Assembly (NCBI GenBank): GCA_965205485.1
Contig: OZ242180.1
Coordinates: forward strand, 2,464,001-2,528,000
Source: Candidatus Latescibacterota bacterium
Lineage (GTDB): Bacteria > Latescibacterota > UBA2968 > GCA-2709665
DNA: 64,000 nt
Reading direction: 5' to 3'
Shown piece after piece: positions 47,497 to 58,341 of the stretch. Both the position numbers and the translations under genes were made by a program. The notes under the pieces are model-generated. The model ran no database searches. It was not told where the DNA came from and saw only the letters and a list, made by a program, of their open reading frames with translations. The number at the start of each line of letters is the position of its first letter. Within the stretch, counting starts at the first letter, position 1.

Positions 47497-49206
47497 TCAG
47501 TATTTGCGCTCTTCGGGTTCCCAGCGCGTGATCGTTACGGGAAGGTAGTCGGTACGCGGTCCGTCTTCTGTCCTGTACGTCAATGAGTGTTTCAGGTATT
47601 CCTCATCGTTTCGGTCCTCGAAATCCGATCGGGAGTGAGACCCCCTGGATTCCTTGCGGTCCAGGGCGGCATGTGCAAGCGCTTCAGCCGCATCCAGCAT
47701 GAATCCAAGTTCGAGCGCCGCCGTGAGTTCGGTGTTGAATACACTGGAGGTATCGTCCAGGCCGACGTTCCGGAAGCGTTCCTGAAGGTTCCTCAGGATT
47801 TCGCAGGTTTCCTTCAACGTCTCTTCATCGCGGAAGATACCGGCGCCGCGTTCCATGGCCGCCTGCATCTCCGTACGAATATCCGCGACGCGCTCCTTGC
47901 CGTTTCGCGGCTGCAGGTACGTCCCTTCAATGCGCCGCCGCTCGTCGCGGTTGAGGTTTTCGAGGGTGTCCGTGCCGGGGGCCTCCCGGCCGCCGGCGTA
48001 TTCCGCGGCGACTATTCCCGCGCGCGCGCCAAAGACGAGGCACTCCGTGAGGGAATTTGAGCCCAGCCGGTTGGCGCCGTTGAGGCTCACGCATGCGGCT
48101 TCGCCGGCGGCGTAGAGCCCCGGAATCGGCGTGGCGCCGTTGATGTCCGTATGTACGCCGCCCATCATGTAGTGGACGACCGGGCGGACGGGGATGGGCT
48201 CCCTGACCGGATCGATCCCCACGTAGTTCCTGGCCAGTTCCCGGACGAATGGCAGCTTCTCGTCGATGACATTCTCGCCCAGATGTCTCAGGTCCAGATG
48301 GACGTAGTTGCCATAGGGACCGTCGAAGACGCGGCCCTCTCGCATCTCATACATGAATGCGCGCGAAAGGATATCGCGAGGACCCAATTCCATTTTGCCG
48401 GGTATGTATTCGCTCAGGTAGCGCTCGCCCTTGTTGTTGATCAGGTATCCGCCTTCCCCCCGGGACGCTTCCGTCATCAGGATGCCGGTACCCGGAAGGC
48501 CGGTGGGATGGTACTGGACGAACTCCATGTCCTTCAGTGGGCACCCGATGCGGTAGGCCAGGGCCATGCCGTCGCCGTTCTTGATGGCGGCGTTCGTCGT
48601 AAACGGAAAGATCTTGCCGCCGCCGCCGGTACAGATGATGACGGTTTTCGCGCCGATCGCGTGGATGCCGCCCGATCGCATGTTCAGCGCGGACACGCCG
48701 CAGACCTCTCCATCGTCCACGAGAAGGGAGGTGACGAACCACTCGTCGTACCGGGTAACCGCGTTGTATTTGAGGGAGGTCTGAAACAGGGCGTGCAGCA
48801 TGTGGAATCCCGTCTTGTCCGCCGCGTATAGCGTTCGCTTCACGCTCATACCGCCGAAAGCGCGAACGCTGACGCGCCCGTCTTCATCCCGGCTCCAGGG
48901 GCAGCCCCAGTGTTCCAGTTGAATGGATTCGTCCTGTGCTTCCTTCACAAAGGCTTCGACGACGTCCTGGTCGGCCAGGTAGTCGCTGCCCCGTATGGTG
49001 TCGAACGAGTGCAGATCCAGATTGTCGTATTCCCGCATGACGGCCGCGGCGCCGCCCTCGGCGGAGACGGTGTGGCTGCGCATGGGGTAGACTTTGGAGA
49101 CGACGGCAACGTTCAGACCTGAATCGGTCTCGGCCGCGGCGATGGCGGCGCGCAAACCCGCGGCGCCGCCCCCTACAAGAAGCACGTCGTGAATCGGTAT
49201 GTCCAT
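47497..49206 (-). CDS. frdA: Fumarate reductase flavoprotein subunit
   Basis: [16 protein letters not shown] (covalent FAD His), [23 protein letters not shown]. Confidence 0.96.
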   Translation of the reverse strand: MDIPIHDVLLVGGGAAGLRAAIAAAETDSGLNVAVVSKVYPMRSHTVSAEGGAAAVMREYDNLDLHSFDTIRGSDYLADQDVVEAFVKEAQDESIQLEHWGCPWSRDEDGRVSVRAFGGMSVKRTLYAADKTGFHMLHALFQTSLKYNAVTRYDEWFVTSLLVDDGEVCGVSALNMRSGGIHAIGAKTVIICTGGGGKIFPFTTNAAIKNGDGMALAYRIGCPLKDMEFVQYHPTGLPGTGILMTEASRGEGGYLINNKGERYLSEYIPGKMELGPRDILSRAFMYEMREGRVFDGPYGNYVHLDLRHLGENVIDEKLPFVRELARNYVGIDPVREPIPVRPVVHYMMGGVHTDINGATPIPGLYAAGEAACVSLNGANRLGSNSLTECLVFGARAGIVAAEYAGGREAPGTDTLENLNRDERRRIEGTYLQPRNGKERVADIRTEMQAAMERGAGIFRDEETLKETCEILRNLQERFRNVGLDDTSSVFNTELTAALELGFMLDAAEALAHAALDRKESRGSHSRSDFEDRNDEEYLKHSLTYRTEDGPRTDYLPVTITRWEPEERKY

Positions 49207-49262
49207 TTATAACCCCTGAAGGCGCGGGTGCATCGCGTTCGATTCGTTCGCAAACAGCGTTT

Positions 49263-49291
49263 ATTATAACGATTTAGGCGAAATCCGTCAA
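49263..49291 (-). promoter_or_regulatory. sigma70 promoter of frd operon
   Basis: TTGACG-17-TATAAT on the minus strand. Confidence 0.78.
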
Positions 49292-49547
49292 CGTTAACCT
49301 CAGTTGGAAAAAAGATCAGAGTCAAATTGGCCACATAAAGCACGAAAAGAACAGAAGGTACCGGTGCGAACCGGCGTGAGTCGTAACTCCGTGATCCTGC
49401 AGTAATCTCGTTTTCTCCCGGCTATACGCACTGTTACAGGATGGCTGATTTTGTGCCTCTTGTGGCAATAAACCTCAATTTGAAAGGAACAGCATCTCGA
49501 CGTCACGGGTTTGGGGAGCCGGTGAATCCGGCATGCAACGGGTTTCG

Positions 49548-50654
49548 TCATTGCAACCGGCCGCGGGCCGGAAGCGGCCAGACGGCTTCAACCACGCCGT
49601 CGCGGATTCCATAGAGTTCGTCGTGCAGGACAACCGTGGTGTCGGAGTAGCCCGCCACGAATTCAATGGTCTCGCCAACCCGCGGTGTCTCAGCGGGCGC
49701 ACTCAGTTCAATCTTGCCGTGCTCGGCGGAGAGGGCCACGAGCGCGACGTTCGGGATGCCGATCGGCTCCGGAACGGAGGCGTCGCTGCTCATGGTTTTC
49801 TTTCCCGCGTCACAAATGATGCGTGCAGGCGTGGGGCGGCTGGTGACGGTGGAGAGGACGGTCATGGCGTATTCATGCGCCACCCCGAAGACGGTGCGGT
49901 ACCGGATATCGCCGAAGATGCCGCCGCCGGCTTCGATTTCGGTGACGCCGGGATGGAACGCGCTGATCCAGTAGGTGCCTGTGCCGCCGCAGCTGACGAT
50001 GCCCACGGGGAAGCCGTTGCGCCGGCACAGGTCGGCGCTGTCCGTGAGTCTGGACAGGGATTCCTCGATGAGCCTCCGCTTTTCGCCGATGTCCTTGATG
50101 GCCAGCGTGTGCGCCTCCCACGTCATCAGCCCTGAGAACTGCAGGCCCGGGCAGGCGGCGATGGTCCGCGCAAGCGAAAGAACCGGTTCGCCAGGCGCAA
50201 CGCCCGCGCGGTTCATGCCCACGTCGATTTCAATCAGCACCCGGATGCGGACGCCCTTTTCCGAGGCGGCAAGATCGATTTCGCGAATATTGCTCTCGTC
50301 GTCCACGCAGACCATGACGTCGGCATGGTTGCGGAGGTTGACCAGGCGTGCGATTTTCCGGGGGCCCACGATCTGGTTGGCGATGAGGATGTCTCTGACG
50401 CCGCCCGCCGCCATCACTTCGGCCTCGCCGAGTTTGGCGCAGGTAATTCCGATAGCGCCTGCTTCCAGGAGCCTGTGAGCAAGCGCCGGCGTCTTCATGC
50501 CCTTCGTGTGGGGCCGCCACTGGACGCCCGCCTGCTGGATGATGACGTCCGCCATCTTCCGGGTGTTGCGTTCGAGCGTTGGCAGGTCCACCAGGAGGGC
50601 CGGGGTGTCCAGGTCTTCCTTGCGGCAACCGGTGAGGTGTGTCTGTACGATCAT
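49548..50654 (-). CDS. DSD1/D-threonine aldolase-like PLP enzyme (alanine racemase fold)
   Basis: LDTPAL.VD, WRPHTK, GITCAKLGEAE, GGTGT, DAG.K, SAEHG. Confidence 0.9.
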   Translation of the reverse strand: MIVQTHLTGCRKEDLDTPALLVDLPTLERNTRKMADVIIQQAGVQWRPHTKGMKTPALAHRLLEAGAIGITCAKLGEAEVMAAGGVRDILIANQIVGPRKIARLVNLRNHADVMVCVDDESNIREIDLAASEKGVRIRVLIEIDVGMNRAGVAPGEPVLSLARTIAACPGLQFSGLMTWEAHTLAIKDIGEKRRLIEESLSRLTDSADLCRRNGFPVGIVSCGGTGTYWISAFHPGVTEIEAGGGIFGDIRYRTVFGVAHEYAMTVLSTVTSRPTPARIICDAGKKTMSSDASVPEPIGIPNVALVALSAEHGKIELSAPAETPRVGETIEFVAGYSDTTVVLHDELYGIRDGVVEAVWPLPARGRLQ

Positions 50655-50726
50655 GCGGAATCCTCGGGTTTCGGGTTCTTCGGCCGCGGAACTTTCCCGC
50701 GGGGGATGGTCACGTCAACGCTGCCT

Positions 50727-51476
50727 TCAACGACGTTGCCGGATAATGTAGTCGGCAACCTCGATCATCGTGGCGGTCCAGATCCGGTTCCGGTTACGAT
50801 CCAGAAACCGGGCAACTTCCCTCAATGCCGCTGAAGATATGGAGAGATGTTGTCCTCCGATGCCGTGCATGCAGACGACTGCCCAGAGGCCGTCATTGAC
50901 GGCGTTTTCGATGTATGCGACGATCTCTTTCCCGGAATGGCCGTCGACGGCCAGGGACCAGGTGCAGGCCAGGTCGATCCGTTCCGGATGATTGGCGCGT
51001 TCGCCCCAGCCCCTCGCGGCCTTGAAGCGTCGGGCGACGAGCGGCACGTAGGACTGCCGGTTCTCCCCGGCGCCGACGTACGTCTGGTAACAGGGGTAAC
51101 AGAAGGTCCGGTCGCCGCGCTGTTCGGGAAACAGGCGGTTCAGGTCTTCGGTGGCTTCGTCGATGGTCCGTGCGATGTCATCCAGCCCCAGGTTTTCCAG
51201 ACAGAAGCCGTCGTCGCGGAATCCGAAATTGCAGGAGCAGGGGTGCATGGAGGTGTGATTCCCCAGTTCGTGGCCGTTCCTGCTGGCCTGTTGCCAGCGG
51301 GGAATCTGCGTCTCCCACGCATCCGACCGCCCCGGGTTGACATAGAATGTCCCCTTCAGGCCGCAATCGTCCAGGCAGGGAATCGCATTGTCCAATTGCG
51401 TATCGAGGCCGTCGTCGAAGGTGAGACTGACGGCCCCCTCGAAGCCTTCAGGCCAGAAGGCGCGGTCCGGTGGCAT
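50727..51476 (-). CDS. Polysaccharide deacetylase family (NodB-like)
   Basis: SLTFDDG, GTFYV, GHELGNHT..H, FCYP, MHG. Confidence 0.88.
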   Translation of the reverse strand: MPPDRAFWPEGFEGAVSLTFDDGLDTQLDNAIPCLDDCGLKGTFYVNPGRSDAWETQIPRWQQASRNGHELGNHTSMHPCSCNFGFRDDGFCLENLGLDDIARTIDEATEDLNRLFPEQRGDRTFCYPCYQTYVGAGENRQSYVPLVARRFKAARGWGERANHPERIDLACTWSLAVDGHSGKEIVAYIENAVNDGLWAVVCMHGIGGQHLSISSAALREVARFLDRNRNRIWTATMIEVADYIIRQRR

Positions 51477-51487
51477 GGCTTCCTCTT

Positions 51488-52465
51488 CTAATCCGTTGGC
51501 AGGACGCCGATGTCCCCGCCTCGGCGGTAGGCCAGGGCGTCGTCGATCATCCGCCGGATATCGTACCGGGGTTTGAAACCCAGCAGTCTGCGGGCTTTGG
51601 ACAGGTCGAATTCGTAGAACGTGGGGTCGCCCTTCAGGCGCGTTTCGACGTATGGGATCCCCAGGCGTTCGGAAAGAAAAGTGACGGCTTCATCCCAGGT
51701 GAACGGCGCGGGGCCGGCGAGCTGGATGATTTCGCCGGAAACGCCCTCGGCGCTCATCGCCAGCCGGCAGCCCTGGACAATATCCCGCACGTCGGCAACG
51801 TGTTTCTTGTACGGCCTGCCGTCCCGGTCTTTGAGTACCACCAGACGTTCTGTTCCCGTCCACATGCCCTTGAATTCGGAACGGCCCTTCAATCCGCTCA
51901 GACGGAATTGCGGGAAGTCCAGAATCTCGCCCGCGCCGAAGACCATGCAGAATCGAAGGATAACGACCGGTAGTTGGTAGGTGGCCCAGTATCCGGTGCA
52001 GAGTTCTTCGCCCAGCGATTTGGACAGGGCGTACCATCCGCGGCAGCGCCGGCGGGTTCGATCTTCCCGGATCGGTTCGGCCATTCCGCCGGGGACGTAC
52101 TTTTCGTAAATGGCGTCGGTGCCCGCAAAGATCAGCCTTGGGGGCATGTCTTGCGCCCTGGCGGCCTCCAGCATGTTGAACGTGCCGCGAACGTTGATGT
52201 CGAAATATTCGGTTTCGGAGAAGGGTCCGCCGCCCTGAAAGGCCGCGCCGAGGTGGTAAACCGTGCTGACGCCCTTTGCGGCCGCGTGGACGTCTCGCGG
52301 ATCCGTGAGGCTGCCGTGGACCAGCTCCACGTCCAGGCCGTTCAGTTTGTCAATTCGGGGGTCTCGGGGCCAGACCAGACCGCGTACGGAATGTCCCTCG
52401 TTAACGAGCGTTCCGGCCAGGTTGGCGCCGATTCTTCCAGTTATGCCAGTGATGAGAACAGACAT
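51488..52465 (-). CDS. NAD-dependent epimerase/dehydratase
   Basis: TGITGRIG, YHLGA, YALSK; paralog of 12963-13982 (shared DRDG.P....AD.RDI..G). Confidence 0.9.
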   Translation of the reverse strand: MSVLITGITGRIGANLAGTLVNEGHSVRGLVWPRDPRIDKLNGLDVELVHGSLTDPRDVHAAAKGVSTVYHLGAAFQGGGPFSETEYFDINVRGTFNMLEAARAQDMPPRLIFAGTDAIYEKYVPGGMAEPIREDRTRRRCRGWYALSKSLGEELCTGYWATYQLPVVILRFCMVFGAGEILDFPQFRLSGLKGRSEFKGMWTGTERLVVLKDRDGRPYKKHVADVRDIVQGCRLAMSAEGVSGEIIQLAGPAPFTWDEAVTFLSERLGIPYVETRLKGDPTFYEFDLSKARRLLGFKPRYDIRRMIDDALAYRRGGDIGVLPTD

Positions 52466-52565
52466 GAGATTTGGATCAGGTGTTCGGTAGGTCCTGGCGC
52501 GGCTTCGCCTTGCTCAGCCACAACCGAATAGGTGGCAGAGAACGCGCACTTCCGTGTGGTTAGCG

Positions 52566-52988
52566 TTCCCGGGAGCGAGGGCATCCCTGCCCTCGACGGC
52601 GAACAGGAATGGACATTGCGCCGCCATTCCAGATGTGGATTCGGATGGGAAGCAATTGGCCCCTTATGTGGAAATCCGTCGGTTACTTGAAGTTCGAGGG
52701 CAGGGATGCCCTCGCTCCGGATATTAGTGTATCTTGCGGTGAAAGAGGGCAGATTGCCGTCAGTCGTAGGGCGCCGAGTCGTCCGACTGGCATTCGTCGA
52801 TTCGCTAAGTAACCAGCACCTGAGCCCCGAGCCGCTCCCTGAGCTTGTCGAAGGGTCGGCGAGGGGCGTTGAAAGGCACCGAACAGGTTTCGACACGCGG
52901 GCATTTCGACATTTCGACACGCTCAATGCAAGCATGCTCAATGACCACGTGTCGAGAACCCGCTTCCTCAGCCTAACGACAGGCGATG
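52566..52988. repeat. REP/BIME-like mosaic (module A 52566-52761, module B 52811-52988)
   Basis: Module A is bounded by inverted GAGCGAGGGCATCCCTGCCCTCG; module B contains CCCTGAGCTTGTCGAAGGG and TTCGAC..GCTCAATG; both recur at 59691-60086. Confidence 0.85.
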
Positions 52989-53233
52989 CTCCCAACGCAA
53001 CGAGAAATGATGAATCAGTGGATCATTGGTGAGATCTTCTCAGGATGGGACATTAGTTATCGAATTTGCGGAGGAAAATCAAGGGCAATCGCAAAAGGTG
53101 GATTGCGGGATATTTCGCTTGCGGATTCGGTTTTTTTTTGCTATTAAGACGGGAGTTTCGAAGGATTCATCTGCTGTATTTTCCGGCGATTGACCTGAAC
53201 GCGGGGGCGAAACCCTCCTGAGGAGGATTGACG

Positions 53234-54496
53234 ATGGACAAGCTGGCGATTCTGGGCGGATCCAAGGCGGTGAAAACCGATTCGGGAGATATGTTCACCT
53301 GGCCGATTATCACCGGGGAGGACGAGGAGGCCGCACTGGAGGTGCTGCGGCGCGGGGCCATGTCCGGCACGGACGTCACGGTGCAGTTCGAAAAGGAATA
53401 TGCCGACTGGTTCGGCACGAAGTACGCGCTCGCGCACAACACGGGCACGTCGTCCATCCATTCGGCGATGTTCGGTTGCGGCGTGGGCGTGGGCGATGAA
53501 ATCATCTGCCAGAGCATGACGTTCTGGGCGTCGGTGCTGCAGGCGATGAATCTTGGCGCGACCATCGTCTACGCGGATATCGATCCGGATACGATTACCC
53601 TCGACCCGGCAGACGTGGAACGGAAGATTACGGATAGGACGAAGGCGATCGTGGCTGTCCACTATTTCGGACATCCAACCGACATGGATGCGATCATGGA
53701 AATCGCCAACGCCCGGGGCATCAAGGTCATCGAAGACGTCTCGCACGCGCACGGCGCGGAATACAAGGGCCGATTGACGGGCGGGATCGGTCACGTGGGC
53801 GCGATGTCCTGCATGGCCGGAAAGTCGCTGGCGATCGGCGAGGCGGGCATGTTGGTTACGGACGACCAGGAGATCTATGAGCGCGCGGTTGCATTCGGCC
53901 ACTACGAGCGGACGGGGCAGATCGAGAATCCCGAGTTGAAGAAGTTCGCGGGCCTGCCTCTGGGCGGGTTCAAATACAGAATGCACCAGCTGTCGTCGGC
54001 CGTGGGGCGGGTCCAGCTCAGGCATTACCGGGAGCGGATGGAAGAAATCGACAGGGCAATGAACAGCTTCTGGGACCTGCTCGAAGGCGCGCCCGGACTG
54101 CGCCCCCACAGGCCGCCGAAAGGCTCCGGCAGTACAATGGGCGGGTGGTACGCCGCGCACGGCATCTATGTACCCGAGGAACTCGGCGGGCTGCCCTTGC
54201 AGAAGTTCTGTGAGGCGGTGCGGGCCGAAGGGACGTCGTGCGGCGCGGGTGCCAATCTGCTGATGCACCTGCATCCCGTCTTGAACGACGCCGACGTGTA
54301 CGGCCATGGTGAACCCACCCGAGTCGCGCACTCCGACGCGGACGTGCGCCAGGGCGAGGGCAGCCTGCCGCAGACGGAGCGGATGTCGGAGCGCCTGTTT
54401 TCCATTCCGTGGTTCAAACACCATCGCCCGGAAGTTATCAGAGAACACGCGGAGGCCTTCCGAAAGGTCGTAACGCAGGCCGCGGAACTTCAGTAG
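53234..54496 (+). CDS. DegT/DnrJ/EryC1/StrS aminotransferase
   Basis: GAGGAGG RBS, NTGTSS, VGVGDE, IEDVSHAHG, SCMAGKSL (catalytic Lys present). Confidence 0.92.
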   Translation: MDKLAILGGSKAVKTDSGDMFTWPIITGEDEEAALEVLRRGAMSGTDVTVQFEKEYADWFGTKYALAHNTGTSSIHSAMFGCGVGVGDEIICQSMTFWASVLQAMNLGATIVYADIDPDTITLDPADVERKITDRTKAIVAVHYFGHPTDMDAIMEIANARGIKVIEDVSHAHGAEYKGRLTGGIGHVGAMSCMAGKSLAIGEAGMLVTDDQEIYERAVAFGHYERTGQIENPELKKFAGLPLGGFKYRMHQLSSAVGRVQLRHYRERMEEIDRAMNSFWDLLEGAPGLRPHRPPKGSGSTMGGWYAAHGIYVPEELGGLPLQKFCEAVRAEGTSCGAGANLLMHLHPVLNDADVYGHGEPTRVAHSDADVRQGEGSLPQTERMSERLFSIPWFKHHRPEVIREHAEAFRKVVTQAAELQ

Positions 54497-54780
54497 GCTG
54501 CGGATCCGGACGAAATACAGTGTACTTCAGATCGGACCGCTGAGGAATGTGGCACGGGACGGCCGGCATAACGCCGGCCGTTTTTCTGCTTGGATAAAGC
54601 GCCTTGTACGCCAAGGGTGCGACCGGTCGCCGTTTACCGGACCAACCGGAAATGGCCGCAAGGGATTGAATTCGACCGGCACTCTTGTTATATTGCTTAT
54701 TCGCCGATCACGCCGTTTCCACGGCAGATGTCCATAAGCCCCCGGACGTTCAATCCGATTCACAAGAGGGAGACTCATTC

Positions 54781-57756
54781 ATGTACAGGTTGCGATGCGC
54801 TTCTTCCGCACTACTCTTTGCCGCATTTCTGGGCTTATTCGCTTCCAGCGCAGACGGCGGGTACACACGCGTCAGCGAACCGGGCGCCGACGATCCCATG
54901 GCGGTGCACATCTTCCGCCTGGACAACGGCCTCACAGTCTATCTCACGGAAAACCGTCAGACACCCCGGTTCTACGCGGAGATCGTCGTTCGGGCGGGCA
55001 GCAAGCACGACCCGGCGGAATCCACCGGCCTGGCGCACTACCTGGAACACATGCTGTTCAAGGGCACGACGCGCATCGGCTCCCTGGATTACGAAAAGGA
55101 AAAAGCGCATCTCGACAACATCACCCGTCTCTACGAGGAGCATTTCAGCGAAACCGACCCTGAAAAGCGGAAAGCCATCTACGCCGAGATCAACAAGCAA
55201 TCCCAGCTTGCCGCCCAATACGCCATTCCCAATGAAATCGACAAACTCTACAAGGCCATGGGCGGCACCGGTCTCAACGCGCACACCTGGCACGAAGAGA
55301 CCGTGTACAGAATCAATCTGCCCGCCAACAGATTGCGCCACTGGGCGGTCATTGAGTCCGAACGCTTCCGGAACTCGGTCTTCCGGCTCTTTCAGTCGGA
55401 GCTCGAAACGGTTTACGAAGAAAAAAACCGGTCCATGGACAACAAGGACCGGGCGATCATCTACGCCGTCGCCGATCGGCTCTACAAGGTGCATCCCTAC
55501 GGCCAGCAGACCACGATCGGGAAAGTGGAACACCTGAAGAATCCGTCGCTGAAAAACATGTACCGGTTCTACAACACCTATTACGTCCCGAACAATATGG
55601 CGATCGCGATATCGGGGGACATCCGGATCGACGAAACCATAAAACTGATCGACCAGCACTTCTCGGCATGGGAGCCCGGGCCGCTTCCGCAGTTGCCGGA
55701 CTGGAAGGAGCCGCCCCTCAGCGGCGCCGAGCGGGTGCAGGTCGGGTTCCAGGGTGAGGAATACGTGCTTCTGGCGTTCAGGACGGCATCCAGGAGACAT
55801 CAGGACGCGGACGCGCTGAGACTCCTGGATATGATTCTGGACAACGCCACCGCCGGACTGATCAACCTGAATCTCAACCAGAAACAGAAAGTCCGGCGGG
55901 CGGGATCGTATCCGTCGCTGTACAACGATAGCGGCGCACAGTTTCTCTGGGGCATTCCAAAGAAGGACCAGACCCTCGAGGAAGTGGAACAGTTACTGCT
56001 CGATCAACTTGAAATCATAAAGAGCGGGCAATTCGAAGACTGGATTCTTCCCGCGATCGTCACCGACTTCAAGAAGAACAACAAGCGGGAGTTGGAGTCT
56101 GACAATGCCCGGGTGCGCCGGATTCGCAATTCGTTTCTGGCGTATCACGACTGGGGCCATACGGTCAATGAGATCGCCCGTCTGGAGCGGGTCACCAAGG
56201 ACGACGTGGTCCGCGTCGCGCGGACGTATTTCGCGGACAATTACGTCGCCGGATACCGGGTCGATGAACAGCACGAAATTCCGAAGATCGAGAAGCCCCG
56301 GATCGACAAGATCAACATAGACGCAACCCGCCAGTCGGCTTTTGCCGGCAACGTGCTGGCGTTGCCGGTCGAGGAGATCGAACCCTCCTTCGTCGACCCG
56401 GGCAAAGACTATCAGATTGCCGATTACCACGATGGCGTCCGGCTATATTACTCCCGGAATCCCATCAACGATCTCTTCACACTGACGTTCACCACAGACC
56501 TGGGCAACAACCAGAACAACAGGATGGGGATGGCCGCCCGGTTGCTCGACAAGTCCGGTACCGGACGTCACGACGCCGAAGCCCTGAAGAAGGAGTGGTA
56601 CAAAATCGGCACTGAATTCTCGATGCGGGCGGGCAACAACGAAACCAGCCTAACCATCTCAGGGCTGGACGAAAACATCGAGGCTTCGCTTTCTCTTATG
56701 TCGGAACTTGCCAACAGCCCGTCCGCGGACAAATCGACCCTTGACGAACTCGTGAAGATCGTCCTGGCAGAACGCGAAGACGCGAAAAAGAACCACCGCA
56801 CCATTCAGGGCGGCGTCGTTCTGTTCAACCGATACGGCGAGGACTCCCGATATCTGCGCGCGTTGCCGAACGAAGCCCTGCGGGAACTCGCTGTCGAGGA
56901 ACTTCACGGACTGGTCCGCGGCCTGTTCAAGCACAAACACACCATCGCCTATACCGGTTCTCTTCCTTTACAACAGGTCCTGGCAGCTCTGAAAAAACAT
57001 CATCGGCTCCCGGGTTCGCTCGAGGACCCGCCGCCGTACAAGTTCTACAAGGCCCGGACGCCCGAACGGACCGAGATTCGCTTCTTCCACAAGCCGCTTG
57101 CGCAGGCCCTCGTTTATATAGAATTCGGCGATGAGGATTTCAACGAGGCGTCCGTCCCCGCGACCGAACTCTATAACAGCTATTTCGGCGGGGGGATGAG
57201 CGGGATCGTCTTCCAGGAACTGCGGGAAGCACGCGCGCTGGCCTACTCGGCGTGGGCACGATATTTCAATGGCAACCGGAAGGGAGACCAGAATACCCTG
57301 GCGGGTTCCATCGCCTGCCAGCCCGACAAGACGATCGAGGCCGTTGAAGCGTTTATGGGCCTGATAGACGACATGCCGGTTACGCCCGAGCGATTCGAAG
57401 AAGCCCGCACCTCCATTCTGAACCGATATCGCACAAACAAGATCAGCTTCCGGCAGGTCCTGGGCTCCGTGCGTTCCTGGGAACGGCTGGGCGTTCCCGT
57501 GGATCCCCGAAAGTCGCGATTCGAGAGAATCCAGGCCGCCGAAATGGACGACATGCTGGCGTTCTACGGCAAGAACCTGAAGAACCGGGTGAAACTGATC
57601 TCCATCGTGGGAGACAAAGACAAAATCGACCTCGCTGCGCTGGAAAAATACGGTTCCGTCAGCGAGGTCGGTATCCTGGTAAAGCCGTCTAATCGACATC
57701 TTCGTGTTTTAGCTCTCGTCTACATAAACCCAAACACTCATGGCCAGACAGGATAA
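54781..57756 (+). CDS. M16 family zinc metallopeptidase (insulinase-like), exported
   Basis: Signal peptide, LDNGL, TGLAHYLEHMLFKG (HxxEH), NAHT, YYVPNNM, FQELREARALAYS. Confidence 0.93.
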   Translation: MYRLRCASSALLFAAFLGLFASSADGGYTRVSEPGADDPMAVHIFRLDNGLTVYLTENRQTPRFYAEIVVRAGSKHDPAESTGLAHYLEHMLFKGTTRIGSLDYEKEKAHLDNITRLYEEHFSETDPEKRKAIYAEINKQSQLAAQYAIPNEIDKLYKAMGGTGLNAHTWHEETVYRINLPANRLRHWAVIESERFRNSVFRLFQSELETVYEEKNRSMDNKDRAIIYAVADRLYKVHPYGQQTTIGKVEHLKNPSLKNMYRFYNTYYVPNNMAIAISGDIRIDETIKLIDQHFSAWEPGPLPQLPDWKEPPLSGAERVQVGFQGEEYVLLAFRTASRRHQDADALRLLDMILDNATAGLINLNLNQKQKVRRAGSYPSLYNDSGAQFLWGIPKKDQTLEEVEQLLLDQLEIIKSGQFEDWILPAIVTDFKKNNKRELESDNARVRRIRNSFLAYHDWGHTVNEIARLERVTKDDVVRVARTYFADNYVAGYRVDEQHEIPKIEKPRIDKINIDATRQSAFAGNVLALPVEEIEPSFVDPGKDYQIADYHDGVRLYYSRNPINDLFTLTFTTDLGNNQNNRMGMAARLLDKSGTGRHDAEALKKEWYKIGTEFSMRAGNNETSLTISGLDENIEASLSLMSELANSPSADKSTLDELVKIVLAEREDAKKNHRTIQGGVVLFNRYGEDSRYLRALPNEALRELAVEELHGLVRGLFKHKHTIAYTGSLPLQQVLAALKKHHRLPGSLEDPPPYKFYKARTPERTEIRFFHKPLAQALVYIEFGDEDFNEASVPATELYNSYFGGGMSGIVFQELREARALAYSAWARYFNGNRKGDQNTLAGSIACQPDKTIEAVEAFMGLIDDMPVTPERFEEARTSILNRYRTNKISFRQVLGSVRSWERLGVPVDPRKSRFERIQAAEMDDMLAFYGKNLKNRVKLISIVGDKDKIDLAALEKYGSVSEVGILVKPSNRHLRVLALVYINPNTHGQTG

Positions 57757-57899
57757 ATGCGGAAAGCACGACAGACGCTCACAATTCCGGCCGTGGTAGG
57801 GATACATCATTTCGTGAATTAGCCGAGTCTTGTATTCGTGCTTGACAAGTGTTGATAGCCTGGATATTTTTCCAGTAAATGACACAGGCGGAGAATGCA

Positions 57900-58115
57900 A
57901 TGATAGGGAAAATCTTTAGTGCCGATAACATCCGCATGGCCGTATTCCTGTTCACCCTGATAGGTGCCATGTGGACGCTCACAAACAGACTCGAAGACAA
58001 AATGGACGCTCGCTTTGACAAGATCGAAACCCGCTTGGATCGGATCGACACCCGCCTGGATTCCTTCGGCGAACGAATTGCCAAAAATGAAGCACGCTTA
58101 GACGTCTCCGAGTAA
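57900..58115 (+). CDS. Small membrane-anchored coiled-coil protein
   Basis: Own promoter TTGACA(57842)-17-TATTTT, GGAGA RBS, TM helix then heptads DARFDKI/ETRLDRI/DTRLDSF. Confidence 0.7.
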   Translation: MIGKIFSADNIRMAVFLFTLIGAMWTLTNRLEDKMDARFDKIETRLDRIDTRLDSFGERIAKNEARLDVSE

Positions 58116-58341
58116 GCCCCGCCAACGCCTTCCGCGCCTCAAGCCACAAATCGAATTCCCTCTTTGGTTGCTCGCCATTGCCCGATTTCGCAACCGGTGG
58201 ATCGCCTCTAAATAGCGATCTGGCGACCTCCTCCGGCGTAGCGTCGATTCTCACGTCTTCATTCAACTCCTCTTCAGTCTGCCACGCCGGACAATGCCTG
58301 AGCGTCAGAACCTGAGCCGCAGGCAGCATCCTTATTCCGGT

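Noticed and set aside
49329..49467. Inverted GCCACA..GCAC..AA / TTTTGTGCCTCTTGTGGC pair upstream of frdA as an operator
   Set aside because: Degenerate, and more like a generic dispersed repeat than a regulator site
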